NCBI RefSeq assembly: GCF_000247565.1
Contig: NC_016893.1
Span: forward strand, 150,001-182,000
Reading direction: 5' to 3'
Length of the DNA: 32,000 bases
DNA from: Wigglesworthia glossinidia endosymbiont of Glossina morsitans morsitans (Yale colony)
GTDB taxonomy: Bacteria > Pseudomonadota > Gammaproteobacteria > Enterobacterales > Enterobacteriaceae
The notes beneath the pieces were generated by a model that did no database searches, was not told the origin of the DNA, and saw only the letters and a list, made by a program, of their open reading frames with translations. Positions 30,837-32,000 of this stretch are shown one piece after another (within the stretch, counting starts at the first letter, position 1; the number at the start of each line of letters is the position of its first letter). The position numbers and the translations under genes were made by a program.

Positions 30837-31934
30837 TTAATTTTGAATATGACATTGTTGTATGGCAGATCGAATAAATGATGTTTCTATATTTTTTTTA
30901 ATTGTTGATTTTCCTATTGACCGTATTATAATTTCTGTAAATCCAGAATCTATATCATTTTGTTTTTTATCATATTTTATTAAATTAATATAGTCTTCGG
31001 GAGACATATTTTTTGGTCCATGAATTGGCAATTTTGCTTTAATTAAAATGTTTTGAATTCTTTTAATAGTAAAATTGTCAATATTTGAAAAATATTTAGA
31101 TAAATATATAGATATCATCATTCCTGCTGAAATCGCTTGACCGTGCGACCAGTTCCCATATCCAACAAAGTTCTCAATAGCATGCCCATATGTATGACCA
31201 AAATTCAATATCATTCGCGTTTTTAGGTCATATATATCTTTTGATATTATTTCAGATTTTAATTTACAACATTTATATATACAGTTTTGTAATGTTTTTG
31301 TCTCTAAATTAATTATTTTTTTTATATTTTTTTCTAACCAATAAAAAAATTTTAGATTTAATGTAATTCCATATTTAATAACTTCTGATAATCCTGAAAA
31401 AATTTCTTTTTTTGGTAGTGTATATAAAAATGTAGGATCAATTCCGACAGCTATCGGATGATAAAATGATCCGATCATGTTTTTACCAAATAAATGATTA
31501 ATTCCTGTTTTTCCTCCTATAGAAGAATCTACTTGAGACAATAAAGTTGTTGGAATTTGTATTATTGGAATACCTCTTTGGTAAATAGAGGCAACAAATC
31601 CTGACAAATCTCCAATTACACCGCCTCCTATTGCAATAAGAATTGTATTTCTATTACATTGGTGTTTTAATAGAATGGATATAATTTTTTTTACAGTATT
31701 AAATGATTTTTTATGTTCTCCAGATGAAAGAATTATATGTTGATATTTAAAACATAATTTTAAAAAAAAAGATTTTATTTTTTTTAAATATAATCGTGCT
31801 ATGTTAGTATCCGTTATCACTACAATATTACGAGTATATATCAAAGGGTAAAAAAAAGATTTTTTTTTGAATAAGTTTTTACTAATTACGATAGAATAAT
31901 TATTTCTTTGAGACAGAATACTTATTTTTTTCAT
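30837..31934 (-). CDS. aroB: 3-dehydroquinate synthase
   Basis: 365-aa ORF with the blocks GGGV.GDL.GF.A..YQRG...IQ.PTTLLSQVDSS.GGKT..NH..GKNMIG.FY.P, E.IKYG and NFGHT.GHAIE...GYGNW.HG.A...GM, as in E. coli AroB. Confidence 0.95.
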   Translation of the reverse strand: MKKISILSQRNNYSIVISKNLFKKKSFFYPLIYTRNIVVITDTNIARLYLKKIKSFFLKLCFKYQHIILSSGEHKKSFNTVKKIISILLKHQCNRNTILIAIGGGVIGDLSGFVASIYQRGIPIIQIPTTLLSQVDSSIGGKTGINHLFGKNMIGSFYHPIAVGIDPTFLYTLPKKEIFSGLSEVIKYGITLNLKFFYWLEKNIKKIINLETKTLQNCIYKCCKLKSEIISKDIYDLKTRMILNFGHTYGHAIENFVGYGNWSHGQAISAGMMISIYLSKYFSNIDNFTIKRIQNILIKAKLPIHGPKNMSPEDYINLIKYDKKQNDIDSGFTEIIIRSIGKSTIKKNIETSFIRSAIQQCHIQN

Positions 31935-31950
31935 TTTTTATAAATTATTA

Positions 31951-32000
31951 TTAATTATTAAATAATGTATTAATAATGTTATTTACCACAATTTTTGCGC
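31951..32000 (-). CDS. aroK: Shikimate kinase I, last 15 codons plus stop only (gene continues beyond window edge)
   Basis: The reverse-strand reading is ...A K I V V N N I I N T L F N N stop (TAA at 31953-31951). This resembles the E. coli AroK C-terminus ...SAKVVANQIIHMLESN (from memory). It lies 16 nt upstream of aroB, as in the aroK-aroB operon. The fragment is very short, so confidence is moderate only. Confidence 0.5.
   Translation of the reverse strand, partial: AKIVVNNIINTLFNN

Overview
This window is extremely A+T-rich (roughly three-quarters A+T by eye, not computed; the spacers are almost pure A/T) and gene-dense. Its proteins align colinearly with well-known Escherichia coli housekeeping proteins. 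Lys/Asn/Ile-rich proteins, eroded operons, near-absent terminators and no mobile DNA all point to a reduced-genome Enterobacterales insect endosymbiont (Blochmannia / Wigglesworthia / Buchnera-like). I cannot name the species from sequence alone. I call 24 complete and 2 edge-truncated protein genes: aroQ (partial), mreB, mreC, mreD, pgi, proS, mrcB, sodA, glyQ, glyS, an AI-2E-family permease, thrA, pyrI, glnA, ydjM, asnB, an SMR transporter, bioH, hemF, tal, tkt, trpS, rpe, damX, aroB and aroK (last 15 codons). There are 5 tRNAs in two clusters: Ile-GAU/Ala-UGC and Met-CAU/Leu-UAG/Gln-UUG. Every long ORF in the track is either one of these genes or a frame-shadow inside one. I see no CRISPR array, IS element or transposon, integrase, phage, toxin-antitoxin or defence-island signature, and no unexplained multi-gene cassette. 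I therefore do NOT find a novel biological system here; this looks like ordinary core genome of a degenerate symbiont. The observations worth a second look are all genome-erosion phenomena. (1) thrA is an intact ORF whose homoserine-dehydrogenase half has lost its GxGxxG and catalytic motifs, while the aspartokinase half is well conserved. (2) pyrI has no adjacent pyrB. (3) The rRNA-spacer tRNA pair Ile/Ala stands alone with no rRNA nearby. (4) A well-preserved sigma70 promoter with an rrn-like GC-rich discriminator sits in front of the Met-Leu-Gln tRNA cluster. (5) dam and gph have been cleanly deleted from the aroK-aroB-damX-dam-rpe-gph-trpS cluster. (6) None of the tRNA genes encodes a 3' CCA. 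(7) A/T homopolymers of 9-11 nt lie inside intact genes.
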